This document shows positions 37,001 through 47,387 of a DNA stretch of 61,086 bases, piece after piece. Each line of letters opens with the position of its first letter. Positions within the stretch are counted from its first letter, which is position 1. This DNA comes from Craspedostauros australis (Eukaryota): the NCBI GenBank assembly GCA_030167865.1, contig JALAGF010005890.1:1-61086 (forward strand), in the 5' to 3' direction. A program made the translations under genes and the position numbers. Below the pieces are notes generated by a model that worked only from the letters and a program-made list of their open reading frames with translations, made no database searches and was not told the origin of the DNA.

Positions 37001-37777
37001 AATGGCCTGGTTGCAGCACTTGGGATGCTCGACGCCCAACGACTCGTCGAGACAGCGCATCATGCTGCGGAATGAATTGTCGGCGATGGCGTAGACGTGC
37101 GGCGGGAGGTTCTCCTTGGTGTTCTTCTCCGCCTTGTCCCAGTAGCGCTTCATGTTGGTCTCGCTGTAGAGACCGCGCACGGCCTGGAAGGGGTTGAGGG
37201 CCAGCAGGACGGGCCCCGTGAAGGTGTAGATCTTGTCATCGTTGTAGCGGCTCTGCAGACACTCGACGACGGCCGGCTCGTGCAGATGCGTGAGGGAGAT
37301 GAGGTCGTTGGGGCAGATGGGGTTGCCCTCCTGCGATAGCTCGTAGTCGTTGGCGAGCACAACGTCGCCGTCGGACATGGCGCTGGCCGGGAGGGTGGTT
37401 GGCGTGCTGCCGTTGTCATCGATGCGCACGATGATGTTGCCCTTGGAGGATTCGATCATGGAGCCCATCTTCCACCCCCACTGCTGGTTGCGTCCCTCGT
37501 GGCATGCCGGGATTCCGATGGAGCCGATGTCGCTGTCGTTGTCGGAGTAGTCTCTGTGCGATGAGAACGATGCCACGGAGGCGTTGGTGTTCATGGAGAT
37601 GGTGGTGGTGGTCGAGGAGCCGCGGTACGAATGCTGGCCCAGGGAGCTGAAGGACCCCTGCCTGCTGAGCTTCTCCTTGATGGAAATCCGAGGCGCCGCC
37701 GATGTGATGGCGGATGCCTTCACCCACACTCTGGTGCCATTGTTGGCATTCGAACTTGGTGGGAGTGGAGGCGGCAT
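34025..37777 (-). CDS. Myosin heavy chain (motor domain, one IQ-like motif, short tail)
   Basis: GESGAGKT P-loop, LESFGNARTVRNDNSSRFGK, DIFGFE, NSFEQLCINYCNE, HYIRCLKPN, GKSKVFLR, and IQ-like LNAVFRMYLAR. Confidence 0.95.
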   Translation of the reverse strand: MPPPLPPSSNANNGTRVWVKASAITSAAPRISIKEKLSRQGSFSSLGQHSYRGSSTTTTISMNTNASVASFSSHRDYSDNDSDIGSIGIPACHEGRNQQWGWKMGSMIESSKGNIIVRIDDNGSTPTTLPASAMSDGDVVLANDYELSQEGNPICPNDLISLTHLHEPAVVECLQSRYNDDKIYTFTGPVLLALNPFQAVRGLYSETNMKRYWDKAEKNTKENLPPHVYAIADNSFRSMMRCLDESLGVEHPKCCNQAILVSGESGAGKTVTTKFVMKYLAALSQRAGNQPSEKRAYLKVKEQRTMTPPRTSGVGGGWKTGWSGTLRKTSSRENDLGLSSVTCLGGPGSLNSIEAKVLQSNPILESFGNARTVRNDNSSRFGKFIEIQFTRTGRLVGAKIDVYLLEKVRLVTQASGERNYHIFYEILSGAMGAAELRKFFIASTANVDDFRITANGTYDRRDGVCDRDTFGSLKTALNMMKFTAEEQSDVFSIAAILLHASNLTFHDMDQECALDEQNIHLEPVCHLLGVTPDDLNQSLCHFCITAGRDTHVRRSLNADQAEKGLEALLKATYGALFDYLVGRINDSIAFQQYQLDENGEPVPVPQEMSPQACIGVLDIFGFESFVVNSFEQLCINYCNETLQQQFNAFVLKNEQAEYEREGIDWSFVEFPENQDVLDLISKRGTGILSTLDDTCRAPGPSDKSFALSVYKKCKDQNRFSASRKQTALLKFSVHHYAGPVEYTTDGFVEKNRDELPKETAELLQHSLNPFIRLLADVIENGRNEEAAKLIDTPHKARRQDSSVGRTTVGGQFRRQLKLLRDKVDHMSPHYIRCLKPNDELVPDHFDQAAVAEQLRCGGILEAVRVARAGFSNHYQHEDFMRRYRCLAWKELKNKSYGMGARSSYGGGFAGAWNSSPQRSSTKNSGFRGVYMQQKPHTAEKNRLEEQPKVDPRPLCKELIKILCRKLQQVELEENRDDDSENSQTQDAPMTPPAAKAKSYSYQAATPPPAWSKRAAPGTKSGLPPVPYSVNNSTTNTPKSSKRLTPWEKPQTTFTKPPSSPAPAGKTSNRGSSSNASADWAKTGIQLGKSKVFLRHKAFEVLERIRSQEQLKSANKLNAVFRMYLARVAYLHVRDAVRHSMANLHAFQEEYKEGKEQDLHEYEDERLGKFFRNRTSYNSGDSVLLVDQWAKQVRASIHNPVPRHEWGNQHNPSKPFRWVLSEGLWKKNHDDDPEEEVADHQQYHQQPEHIM

Positions 37778-40102
37778 GTTGTGCGTATTAGAATGTGTGT
37801 GGGTGTGTGTGGGTGTAGAAGCCTTCTTTCCTTGCTTTGACTTGATGAGAGATGCAAAGGCCGATGAGATTATGTCCTCATGCGTCTCCTGGATCTCCTG
37901 AGTCTCCTGGATGATGACAACGGCTGCAGATGGGGGAAAGATGGGACGAATCGTGTGATGCAATATGCACTCGTCTCACTTTCTCGTTGCGCCTGGAGTG
38001 CAGTGCTGTCGTTGCTCTCCTTGTTGTCAATGTCAATGTTGCTGATGACGGCGTTGACAGGAATGATGGCTGCGCAAGTCCGAGGATTGTGGAGTTCCTT
38101 GTTGGAGTTGCAAGTTGCTGCTTTGTGGTGTGTGGAAAGTCGGTTTGATTTGTTGTTCTGTTGTTCTGTTGTTCTGTGTTGTGATAGATGATGATGGACG
38201 TCAACTCGGCTTATTTCAACTCCACTGAGCTCTATGTATGCAATTGTATGCAATTGTATGCTGCTGTATGGGATGCTATTGTAATGTATGGGACGGTATT
38301 GTATGTATTAATGTATGGTGCGGGATGATACGATTGCTCGTTCGGTGATGTTGGACTATGTGAGTTGCTGTCTTTCCCTCTGCTCCATCTATCTCTTCTG
38401 TCTTTCTGCCCTTCTTCCTTTCTTTCTCCTTCGTTGCCTTCTTTCGTTGCCTGTCTCCCTTGATGCCTTTGGTCGCCAATTGGCTACTCCAATCAATCAA
38501 ACCAAACCTCACCAAACCAAACCAAACAACAGACAGAGACGGTATCCACGCAAACCACAATTGGTCGACTGCCTCGCATCGCACCGTCGCCAAGGGTGGA
38601 CCGGCCAAGGGAAGGAATCGGTTCCACAACGAAGAGCCTCAAGGATCGCATTGCGCGGCGCACTTTCCTGATCGCCACAAAGATGCACGTGTTGCGTCGC
38701 GTATTGCCACTGTGTTGCCGCTTCCACACAACAACCTTCACGTCCTCGTCGTTGCGGATTTCAAAAACGTCAACCGAAAAAGATGAGATCAGCACGTCGC
38801 CAAAGTCGAGAACAAGACACGCCAATTATATATTTATTCAGATCTGAAGTAATTTATTTCCACCATTTCATCATAACGGCTCATGGGAACAACGGCATGT
38901 GACACAAAATAGTCGTTAGTGACGTTAAAATAGATGTGCAATTTCCATACTGATGGGACATCCCCTGACAATCAACCGACATCGGACCTTCGCGCCACGA
39001 AAGAAAACCGACCTGCAAGACTTGAAGTCTCATCCCCACCATAATTCCGCCGCGTTTGTACGTGTACAAAACGATCCGAACAGCAGCGCATCACGCTGTC
39101 AAAAGATGTTAGAGTGCGAGGATAGACCAAAGACTCGCACTTGCGCGAGCATGAGTGTATGTAATGGCACATGGGTGCAGGCAGATCTGCCTCCATTCTT
39201 TATCATCCTATTGGTAGGAGTAGTCGTCGGTCCCTGATGCATCGATGCACGGGCTCCTTTCCACGATCTGAACACTCCGCTATTCTTCCACTGAACTGCA
39301 TCGCCTTTCGCTGTCTGGCATTCGTGGAGCAGCAGAGCATCTGCACCTCTTCTCAACGGAGCTGTCGATTCGTGATGCGTCGGTACCATACATCGTGAGA
39401 AGAATCGATGTCAAACATGGCAGCTCCTCCGTCTTCTCTGTTTTGAATTGACGTCTTTGTCTCTTGACGTTTGATTGTTTTGGATTGCCTACACTCCCAA
39501 CATACATTCTCCTCAATACTTCGTTCGTGAAATGGCATGTCCGTTTACATCTTGTCTGCAATATTCGAACACCATCCAGTTCATCTCTCGAACACAATTC
39601 CACGTCATCATCTTCCATGTATGATACCACAAACGAACAACTCAGAACGAATCTCGTTGATTCACTCATCAATCCGCACCGAAGCGCGTTGGTGGCAGAG
39701 GATCTGGACGTCTTGAACGCATCCTTCTGGACACTTCCGGCAAAAACACCGCAACACAAACAACTCACAGCCATCCAAAACGCACGTCAAAGCTGTACCG
39801 AAGTTCTCCACCAACTCATGCAGTCCGCAGGTGTGTTCGTCGACGTCAACACCGTTCGCATCAGATACACAACTGCAACAGCTCCAATCTTTACCACCTC
39901 AATTGCCGCCTCAATCGCCACCTGTGACCAGCTGTAACTCGGCAACAACCGGAGCACAACAATCACAATAGTGTCACACACACCAACACAATTCACAATT
40001 CACGCTTCACACAATCAACAAACAACGAACCACAAACAACAAACAACAAACAACAAAAGCAAGACCCTATCTCTATCTTTTCCCCCTTGCTCTCTCGATA
40101 CG

Positions 40103-41158
40103 ATGGTGAAGTGCGCAGTGAATGGATTTGGCCGCATCGGCCGCCTGATGTTCAGGTATGCCTGGGAGGATCCAACCCTGGAGATCGTCCACGTCAACGA
40201 CCTGTGCTCCTGCGAGAGCGCTGCCTACCTCGCCCAGTACGACTCCGTGCACGGAACCTGGAAGAAGGACGTGGAGGCCAACGAGGATGGCAAGAGCTTC
40301 ACCGTCGATGGCACCGTCGTCACGTTCTCGCAGGAGAAGGACTTCACCAACATCGACTTCGCTGCCATGGGCGTCGAGATGGTCATGGAATGCACCGGCA
40401 AGTTCCTCAAGATCGCCACTCTCTCGCCATACTTTGACAAGTGCGGCATCAAGCAGGTCGTCGTCTCCGCCCCAGTCAAGGAGGAGGGCGCCCTCAACGT
40501 CGTCCTCGGCTGCAACCACGAGAAGCTCACCAAGGAGTCCAAGCTCGTCACCAACGCATCCTGCACCACCAACTGCCTCGCGCCTGTCGTGCGGGTCATC
40601 AACGAGAACTTCGGCATCAAGCACGGTTGCATCACCACCATCCACGACGTCACGGGAACGCAGACCCTCGTCGACATGCCCAACACCAAGAAGAGCGACC
40701 TGCGAAGAGCCAGATCCGGCATGGTCAACCTCTGCCCCACCTCCACAGGCTCCGCCACGGCCATCGTTGAGATCTACCCAGAATTGAAGGGCAAGCTCAA
40801 CGGCCTCGCCGTGCGCGTCCCCCTCACCAACGCCAGTCTCACGGACTGCGTCTTCGAGGTCAAGCGCGAGGTCACCCGCGAGGAGGTCAACGCCGCCCTC
40901 AAGGCCGCCTCGGAGAGCGGCCCCCTCAAGGGAATTTTGGGATTCGAGACCAAGCCCCTCGTGTCCACCGACTACACCAACGACACGCGCAGCTCCATCA
41001 TCGATGCGCAATCGACGCAGGTCATCGACGGCACCCTCATCAAGATCTACGCCTGGTACGACAACGAGGCCGGCTACTCCAAGCGCATGGCGGAATTGTG
41101 CAACATCGTGGCTGCGCAGAATATCACCGGAACCGAACCGACCTTCAAGTACGAGTAG
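40103..41158 (+). CDS. Glyceraldehyde-3-phosphate dehydrogenase, bacterial Gap3/ArsJ-associated-like subtype
   Basis: [24 protein letters not shown]; subtype-like signatures [40 protein letters not shown]. Intronless, no targeting peptide. Confidence 0.9.
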   Translation: MVKCAVNGFGRIGRLMFRYAWEDPTLEIVHVNDLCSCESAAYLAQYDSVHGTWKKDVEANEDGKSFTVDGTVVTFSQEKDFTNIDFAAMGVEMVMECTGKFLKIATLSPYFDKCGIKQVVVSAPVKEEGALNVVLGCNHEKLTKESKLVTNASCTTNCLAPVVRVINENFGIKHGCITTIHDVTGTQTLVDMPNTKKSDLRRARSGMVNLCPTSTGSATAIVEIYPELKGKLNGLAVRVPLTNASLTDCVFEVKREVTREEVNAALKAASESGPLKGILGFETKPLVSTDYTNDTRSSIIDAQSTQVIDGTLIKIYAWYDNEAGYSKRMAELCNIVAAQNITGTEPTFKYE

Positions 41159-42325
41159 GCAGGCAACCGACCAGGCATCTCGGCAACATGCTGGAGAAAA
41201 GCCATGCTGTCCCGTCCATCTACTATCCTACACATTCAAACCACGCAGCGATGCATTCCACATCGCAACAATAATACAAGAGCAATCACAAACCCAATTT
41301 CATGACAACAACAACAACGAGGAAAATGATGAGCTATTTTAACCGTAACAGAACCAATTCAAATCCACGCAGGTCCACATGGTTACAGAACTGAAGATGT
41401 GCAATCGACGTAGGCTGTGGCTGTGTGGAGGACGACGACTTGCCATACGCGCGTGGTACCATGCAAAGCATTAATGCAACAGCAACAACGATCAATTGCG
41501 TATGGAGACGCATCAGCGTTTTCGTCACCGTTCCGTGCAACTTGTCTCCCCTTTGCAGTTTGGACTTTCCGACGCCGTTTCGCCCCATGATGCCCATGCC
41601 GATCTCGATGGCGAGAAAATGGGAGAGGTCGCAGGCTTGACGCAATGCAAGAACAGGATTTACTACGATGCAGAGCAGAGTCCTCCAGAGAGGATCTTGG
41701 ATTGCGAGCGCATGGTGAGAAGCAGTTGCGAGGCGATCGCCATCACCACGATCTCATTCGAAGACAGGAACAGCAAACACTGTCACCGGATTTGCGGCTC
41801 TCGCGACCATCCAAAGTCCGTCACGCCCACGAAGCCTTCCTCTCGTTGTTGCTGTTGGCTCATCATCCACTCCGCCATTCTCCATTTCATGGGTGCTCGT
41901 ACGTGTGGGCACAAATGATGGCGCGTGTGTGTGGGTGTGGATCGACAGTTCCCCGCCTGGCGTCTCCTTGCATTGATGTTCTTGGAATTGTGAATTGTGA
42001 GACCAAAGATACCTTTTGATTGGATCGTGTGGTGGAACACGTCGGATCACGAGAACAAGGCCAAAACCACTCGCGCTGCAGTCAGGGAGAATCCACGGCG
42101 CGGCATCGCACGACATCACATGAGATGATCGTGCAACAAGGCCTTTGCACCAAGAATCGCGGCAGTACACAGCTTTAGTACTGTGTGTGAAGTGTCCGTT
42201 CGAATGTATTGTATTTACTGATATGTTAGCTTGTTCACGCAGAAATGGAAGCAACGTTTACGGCAATGGCCACCACAACCACAACCATGATCGCGATCAC
42301 GATCACGACGACCACACTATGCCCG

Positions 42326-44983
42326 CTACTGCAGCACGGGTCGGAACGGACCCAGCTCCTGGAATCGGAGCTCATCTTGCATCATGCGTCGCTCGCGTTC
42401 CTTTCGCATCTGCTTAAGACGGCCCGCCATATCGATCGGCTGGACAGTGACCGTGTGCTGCCGATCGCCGCGAAGGACGACAATCGGCAATTCCTCGTTG
42501 ATTGAAGCCATGTCAATGAGACGCCGGGCCTCATCGGACGTTTTGACAACTTGGGAGCCGATTTGGAGAATGACGTCGCCTTCGCGCAATCCTCCCTGGT
42601 CAGCAGGAGTGTTGGGGAAGACCTTGTTGATGAAGGCGCCTTGGACTTCTGGGATCGGGCGTTGGGTGTTGCGCTGCATGTTGGCATTGTTTTGGTGGGC
42701 CCATTCGGGGGTGCAAGTGGTCAAACCAAGGCCAAGGTAGCCATGATGGATGGGCTTGCCCGCGGCCAGATCGTTCATGATCTCCTTCACCCGATTGATG
42801 GGAATGGCAAAGCTCGTGCCTTCCATGTGTGCGCGGATGGCCGCGTTGATCCCGATGACCCTTCCGCTTTCCACATCGACCAGCGGGCCGCCGGAGTTGC
42901 CAGGGTTGATGGCGGCGTCCGTTTGGATGTAATCCACCTTCTTGTGCGGAATGCCAACGACGGTCGACGACCGCCCGAGGCCGGAGATGATTCCCATAGT
43001 CACCGTGTTGTCCAAACCGCCTGGGCTCCCAACGGCGATCACCAGCTTCCCTACATTCAACGAATCGCTGTCACCCAGCTGCGCCACGGGGAGGCCGGCA
43101 ACACTGGCGTACGGTGGCAACGCAGACGTCTCATGCAGAGGTTGATTCTGGTTGGGGCTGCCCCCGTTGCCGTTGGCGCCACCGGTGCTGCCAGTGCTCA
43201 CGGTGGAAAGGATCTTGAGCACAGCGACATCCACAATCTCATCGGCGCCCATGACCTTGCATTGGTAGACGCGGCCATCCGTCAAGGTTACAGTCACGCT
43301 GGATGCATCTTCGATGACGTGCGCGTTGGTCAACACGAACCCATCCTTTGAGAAGATCACCCCCGATCCCTGTCCCTGCTGCACCCACCCGGAGGCTTGG
43401 CCAAAGCGCATGCTGTCATCTCCATTGCCGACCGCTGTCTCCGTATCCACTCGAACAACTGATGGGCCGACCTTGTGCACGGCATCCGTGACGAACGAAA
43501 GTGCCATATGTCGCCTTTCCTCAGCAGAGAGTCCGATCTTGCGTTTGAGAAGTAGATTGCCCTGATCGTTGGGAGGGGTCGTTGGCAACGAGGTAGGCGA
43601 TTCTGGGTCCTGCCTTGCACTTTGCGATTCGTTGATCTGCTCATCTAAAGGTGACGTTGGCGTTGACAGGATTTTCTCATCATCGATGATCGTGCCACCG
43701 TTGTTGCCTTCTGTGTCGCTCTTGATAATGGATAACGATTCTTCTCCTGCCCTGCCTTCGTCCTCTTTCGCCATCTTGCTAAAATCAGGTTCTGCCACAT
43801 CCTCCTCATGTTGCTGGTGTCGCCGATGCTGCTGTTGATGCGACGGCGACACAGTCATGCGTCCGGTCTGCATCTCGTCGGATAGGAAGGGTACGATCAC
43901 CGTGGCAGCAAAGATCACGACGACGAATTGAACGACTCTGAACAGCACGGGCTTTTTGCGTTTGTTGGGTTGTTGTTGCCCTTCCTTCGGATGGGATGGG
44001 GTTTCAGAAGATGCCATTGATGCTGCTGCTGATGCTACTGCTGATGGTGGTGATGCATCGGCTTCAGTTAGCGCGGATGTCGTTTCTTCGCTGACAACAG
44101 TGCTGCTGCTGTTGGTGTTGTCGAGATCGAGAGCTTTCTCTTTGTTCCTTGCAAAGACTGCCGAAAACCATCGTTTCTTTCTTGCAGGCGGATCATTGAT
44201 ATCAACGACATCGCCACCACCATCACCATCACCGCCACCAACAACGCCAACATCAGTATCACCATCGTCACCGCTGTCGTCACCATCACCACCCGTAGCA
44301 ACAGAATTCATCACCTTTGTCTGGTTGGCAGATGACGTGAAATTGCTCGTTGCCAATGCTGGCTTCGCGGAGGTCGTTGTGTGATTTGCTGCCGCCCCAG
44401 CAGACGTTTCATTGTCATCGTTCGTCCCTTCCGCTCCTTCAACGTCTACTTCAGATCTATCTTCCTCAGCAGCGACGGCATCGGCAACGAGATCCGCCGT
44501 ATCCATTGTCTCCCTATCGCTGCTGCTTGTGCGGTTGGACGAGGCCCCATTGCTCAATTCATCATCAATATCCTCGTCGTCATAGCTACTGGATGCTGCA
44601 TCAACATCCGTTTCACTCCCATCCAGTTGGGATTCGATGCCGATGGGTTGGATCATGGACTCTGGCTTGCGATTTCTCCATCGTTGTAAAGGGTTCCTGT
44701 TCTTGCGTCCTTGCGACTTGTTGTCGTTGTTGTTGTTGGCTGCTGCGAACATGCAAAGCGGGATGCCTGCTTCGTATCTTTGATTGGTAGAGAGAAAGGT
44801 CATCCCCTGCTTTCGCAAATCCCATTCCCTGCATCCTCGTCTGGGCAACCAGTTGGATGGCACCGTGAACGCAGTGATGCAGCATAACCCGAAGCTTCCG
44901 CAGCAGCAGGAGCACCACCACCAGCAGCAACAGCAACTCAGAAAGGCCACGTCCATGAATCGCAGGCTCACCATGTTCATCAT
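42326..44983 (-). CDS. HtrA/DegP serine protease (trypsin-like + PDZ), likely plastid-targeted, with internal TM
   Basis: QGSGVI..LTNAHV, DVAVLKI, IQTDAAINPGNSGGPL, PDZ (GYLGL..TPADQGGLREGDVI); ITA-F-TVP targeting-like motif. Start uncertain. Confidence 0.9.
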   Translation of the reverse strand: MMNMVSLRFMDVAFLSCCCCWWWCSCCCGSFGLCCITAFTVPSNWLPRRGCREWDLRKQGMTFLSTNQRYEAGIPLCMFAAANNNNDNKSQGRKNRNPLQRWRNRKPESMIQPIGIESQLDGSETDVDAASSSYDDEDIDDELSNGASSNRTSSSDRETMDTADLVADAVAAEEDRSEVDVEGAEGTNDDNETSAGAAANHTTTSAKPALATSNFTSSANQTKVMNSVATGGDGDDSGDDGDTDVGVVGGGDGDGGGDVVDINDPPARKKRWFSAVFARNKEKALDLDNTNSSSTVVSEETTSALTEADASPPSAVASAAASMASSETPSHPKEGQQQPNKRKKPVLFRVVQFVVVIFAATVIVPFLSDEMQTGRMTVSPSHQQQHRRHQQHEEDVAEPDFSKMAKEDEGRAGEESLSIIKSDTEGNNGGTIIDDEKILSTPTSPLDEQINESQSARQDPESPTSLPTTPPNDQGNLLLKRKIGLSAEERRHMALSFVTDAVHKVGPSVVRVDTETAVGNGDDSMRFGQASGWVQQGQGSGVIFSKDGFVLTNAHVIEDASSVTVTLTDGRVYQCKVMGADEIVDVAVLKILSTVSTGSTGGANGNGGSPNQNQPLHETSALPPYASVAGLPVAQLGDSDSLNVGKLVIAVGSPGGLDNTVTMGIISGLGRSSTVVGIPHKKVDYIQTDAAINPGNSGGPLVDVESGRVIGINAAIRAHMEGTSFAIPINRVKEIMNDLAAGKPIHHGYLGLGLTTCTPEWAHQNNANMQRNTQRPIPEVQGAFINKVFPNTPADQGGLREGDVILQIGSQVVKTSDEARRLIDMASINEELPIVVLRGDRQHTVTVQPIDMAGRLKQMRKERERRMMQDELRFQELGPFRPVLQ

Positions 44984-45414
44984 TAAGAACGATCCACTAT
45001 ACTCAAACTCGAATGAGGTGTGACGTGACGTGATGTGATGTGATGTTGGCACTTCGTCTGGCGTCACATCACATCATGTATCTTTGGGATTGCCCTCTCT
45101 GAGCGCTGTCACCAAGCGCGATGATTCGGCGGTTGCCATCAGCCTGATTCGTGACTCATGAGTCCTGTGTAAATCTCGGCGAACTGATTTGCCTACCCAA
45201 CCCTTCGCACCTGCTACACTGTGGAGAGATAACACATTCTCTAGCGCCAGGACCTTACACACGTCGCCATAGTTGCATGTGCATAGTCCTTCCATCCCAG
45301 CTATTCAGCACAGTGAACTGTTCATCCTCTACCATTACTAGTGCTCCTCTACAATTGGTTCGATAGCATTCCAATGCCTCTTCCAACCCATTTGCTGCAG
45401 CTGGATACCTCTAA

Positions 45415-46761
45415 TCACACTTCAGAAACCGAGCCTGGAAAGCGCTCGTTCAGCATGGAACTGACGAAGCTCGCCGTCTCCTCAACAGCACGACCTGTGA
45501 CATCGATCAAGGTGTACTTGTTCTCGGTGGCAATCTGCTTGGCGTGCGCAATATCCCGCTCCAGGTACGCCCGATCTGCGTAGGTCGAGCGCCGTGATAG
45601 GCGGCGGTCAATCTTTCGCATCTCCTTGCGAAGTCGGTTGCGCCGGATCCTCATCAAATCGTTGATGTCCAGCGTGAGGCAGAAGACGCGCTTTGGATCG
45701 ATGCGATCGGAATCGAAAAGCTGCGCCGGCGGGGAGAGATCAACCACGAGCGGGATATTGGCGACCTTGAGTCCCATGGTCTGCGCCAGCACGACGGACA
45801 ACGGCGTCTTGCCCGTTCGGCTCACCCCCAGCAGTATGACGTCTGCCTCCGACAGCAGCTGCGGCGACCGACCGTCATCGCATTTGAGCGTGAACTCCAC
45901 AGCCTCGATGCGACGGTAGTACGAATCCGACAGCGCTCGGCGGCTGCTGGGTGGTGCACCGAGCACGGACCTGCCCAGGGGTTCACGTTCGAAGAACATC
46001 GACATGCTCTCGAACATGGGACCGATCAGGTCGACGTATTTGATTTGCGACAGTTCGCACATCCTCGCGGTCTTCCCGCGCAGTTCCGGACCCGCGAAAG
46101 TGAAGACGAGCAGGGCATTGAAGTCCTCTGCCTCCTTGATGATGGCTGCCACTTCGGATTCGGATTGCAGGAAGGGGTACACCTTCGTGGCCATGGAAAC
46201 GCAAATCTCATCATCGTCGTCGTCATCATCATCATAGAAGTCTTCTTCATCGCTCGTCTGCGACGTCAACGTCGAAAGAGAAGTTGGCAGACGCACATTG
46301 AAGAAACGCTGATCGCAACCGTTGAATTGGGTCGTGATGGTCTTTTCGATGACCGACTTCGCTGTGACTGCTGTGCCATCGGACAGAACAAAGATGGCCT
46401 TGGGTTTGACCCTTGGTCGGTCCATACCCAGCGGACCACGGATGAGCTGAAGGAGCTCCTCGTCGCTAGGATTGGCATCGCTGTCGCTGTCGCCCTCGCT
46501 GGATGCTGCAAACGTGACCAACGAGTGACGGCGGAGGTGGTCGAAAGCGTGTTCTCTGCCAATGCCACGGCAGTTGGCGAATGGAGAAGTGCTCGCTGCG
46601 CTGTGGCAGCGAAACGAGTTGGGATGCTGCTGATGCCATCCACCCTGCAAGCCGTTGACGCCGATGCACGCGCAAACGCCGACGAAGGCGATCAGCAGTG
46701 CCTCGCACCTGGCGGAAAACAATGCCGGTACCATCGTAGTTGTCGTCATTGTCACTGTCAT
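45415..46761 (-). CDS. Pyruvate,phosphate dikinase regulatory protein (PDRP, DUF299 kinase/pyrophosphorylase)
   Basis: IFVLSDGT, YYRRIEAVEFTLKCDDG, ADVILLGVSRTGKTPLS, KVANIPLV, IDVTGRAVEETA; signal-like N-terminal extension. Start uncertain. Confidence 0.9.
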   Translation of the reverse strand: MTVTMTTTTMVPALFSARCEALLIAFVGVCACIGVNGLQGGWHQQHPNSFRCHSAASTSPFANCRGIGREHAFDHLRRHSLVTFAASSEGDSDSDANPSDEELLQLIRGPLGMDRPRVKPKAIFVLSDGTAVTAKSVIEKTITTQFNGCDQRFFNVRLPTSLSTLTSQTSDEEDFYDDDDDDDDEICVSMATKVYPFLQSESEVAAIIKEAEDFNALLVFTFAGPELRGKTARMCELSQIKYVDLIGPMFESMSMFFEREPLGRSVLGAPPSSRRALSDSYYRRIEAVEFTLKCDDGRSPQLLSEADVILLGVSRTGKTPLSVVLAQTMGLKVANIPLVVDLSPPAQLFDSDRIDPKRVFCLTLDINDLMRIRRNRLRKEMRKIDRRLSRRSTYADRAYLERDIAHAKQIATENKYTLIDVTGRAVEETASFVSSMLNERFPGSVSEV

Positions 46762-47387
46762 TGCGCTTTCCAAATCTGTCTTCCACCTTGATACGCGCGC
46801 TTCTGTTGGTTGTGAGGATAGGTCGCGCTGCTCCAGCATGCTCGCAACGGCATGTGCACGAGTGAGTGTCGGCGCGCGCAGGGTTTGGCGTGGGTGGAGA
46901 TGATGTCTTTCCGCGCTCGATTTGGGGTTCCGTTTCGCTTTTGTAGGTAGTGGGGGGAATTTGTTCTGTCTTGTTTCCCGAACTTCGTATCTTCCATTGG
47001 AACGTGACTCGAAGTTGTCAACGAATTCGTGACTGGTACAAGACGACTGACGTTGATCGGCGACGATCTTTCGCGCCCGCCTTCGCCCTTGCACTTGCGA
47101 CTTCTTCCGAAGATGAGATTCGAAGACGGATGAGTGGCGGCAGGCGATGACCATCACCCATCCGATTCCCAACCACAACGCAAATCATCGGCAGTGAAGC
47201 TCCAAGAGCGCATCCAGATTCACTGCGATTTGCTTCATTCATTGGTCACACACCGGTACATGCTTCCACATAACGTACATCTCACATCTCATACTTCCGC
47301 TGTTGCTCACTCGTGCTGGCACCCCAAACTGAACTCCAACTCTGACGAGAGTACCATTCTACTCGTGCAACTCTTGTATTTGAAAGA

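Noticed and set aside
33965..37075. 1,036-aa ORF antisense to myosin (also 40073-41011 antisense to GAPDH and 32141-33064)
   Set aside because: In-register shadows of C-ending, codon-biased sense genes. They are L/V/R-rich with no recognisable motifs.
38270..40100. Short ORFs in the divergent myosin-GAPDH intergenic region (e.g. 39464-39937) as possible ars genes
   Set aside because: No ArsR, ArsC or ArsJ motifs recognisable.
41334..42254. Overlapping short ORFs between GAPDH and HtrA
   Set aside because: No frame stands out and no domain is recognised.
45021..45077. Tandem TGACGT (bZIP/aureochrome-type core) and TGATG/CATCA inverted repeat upstream of the HtrA gene
   Set aside because: Indistinguishable from the pentamer microsatellites common in this window's UTRs; no independent support.
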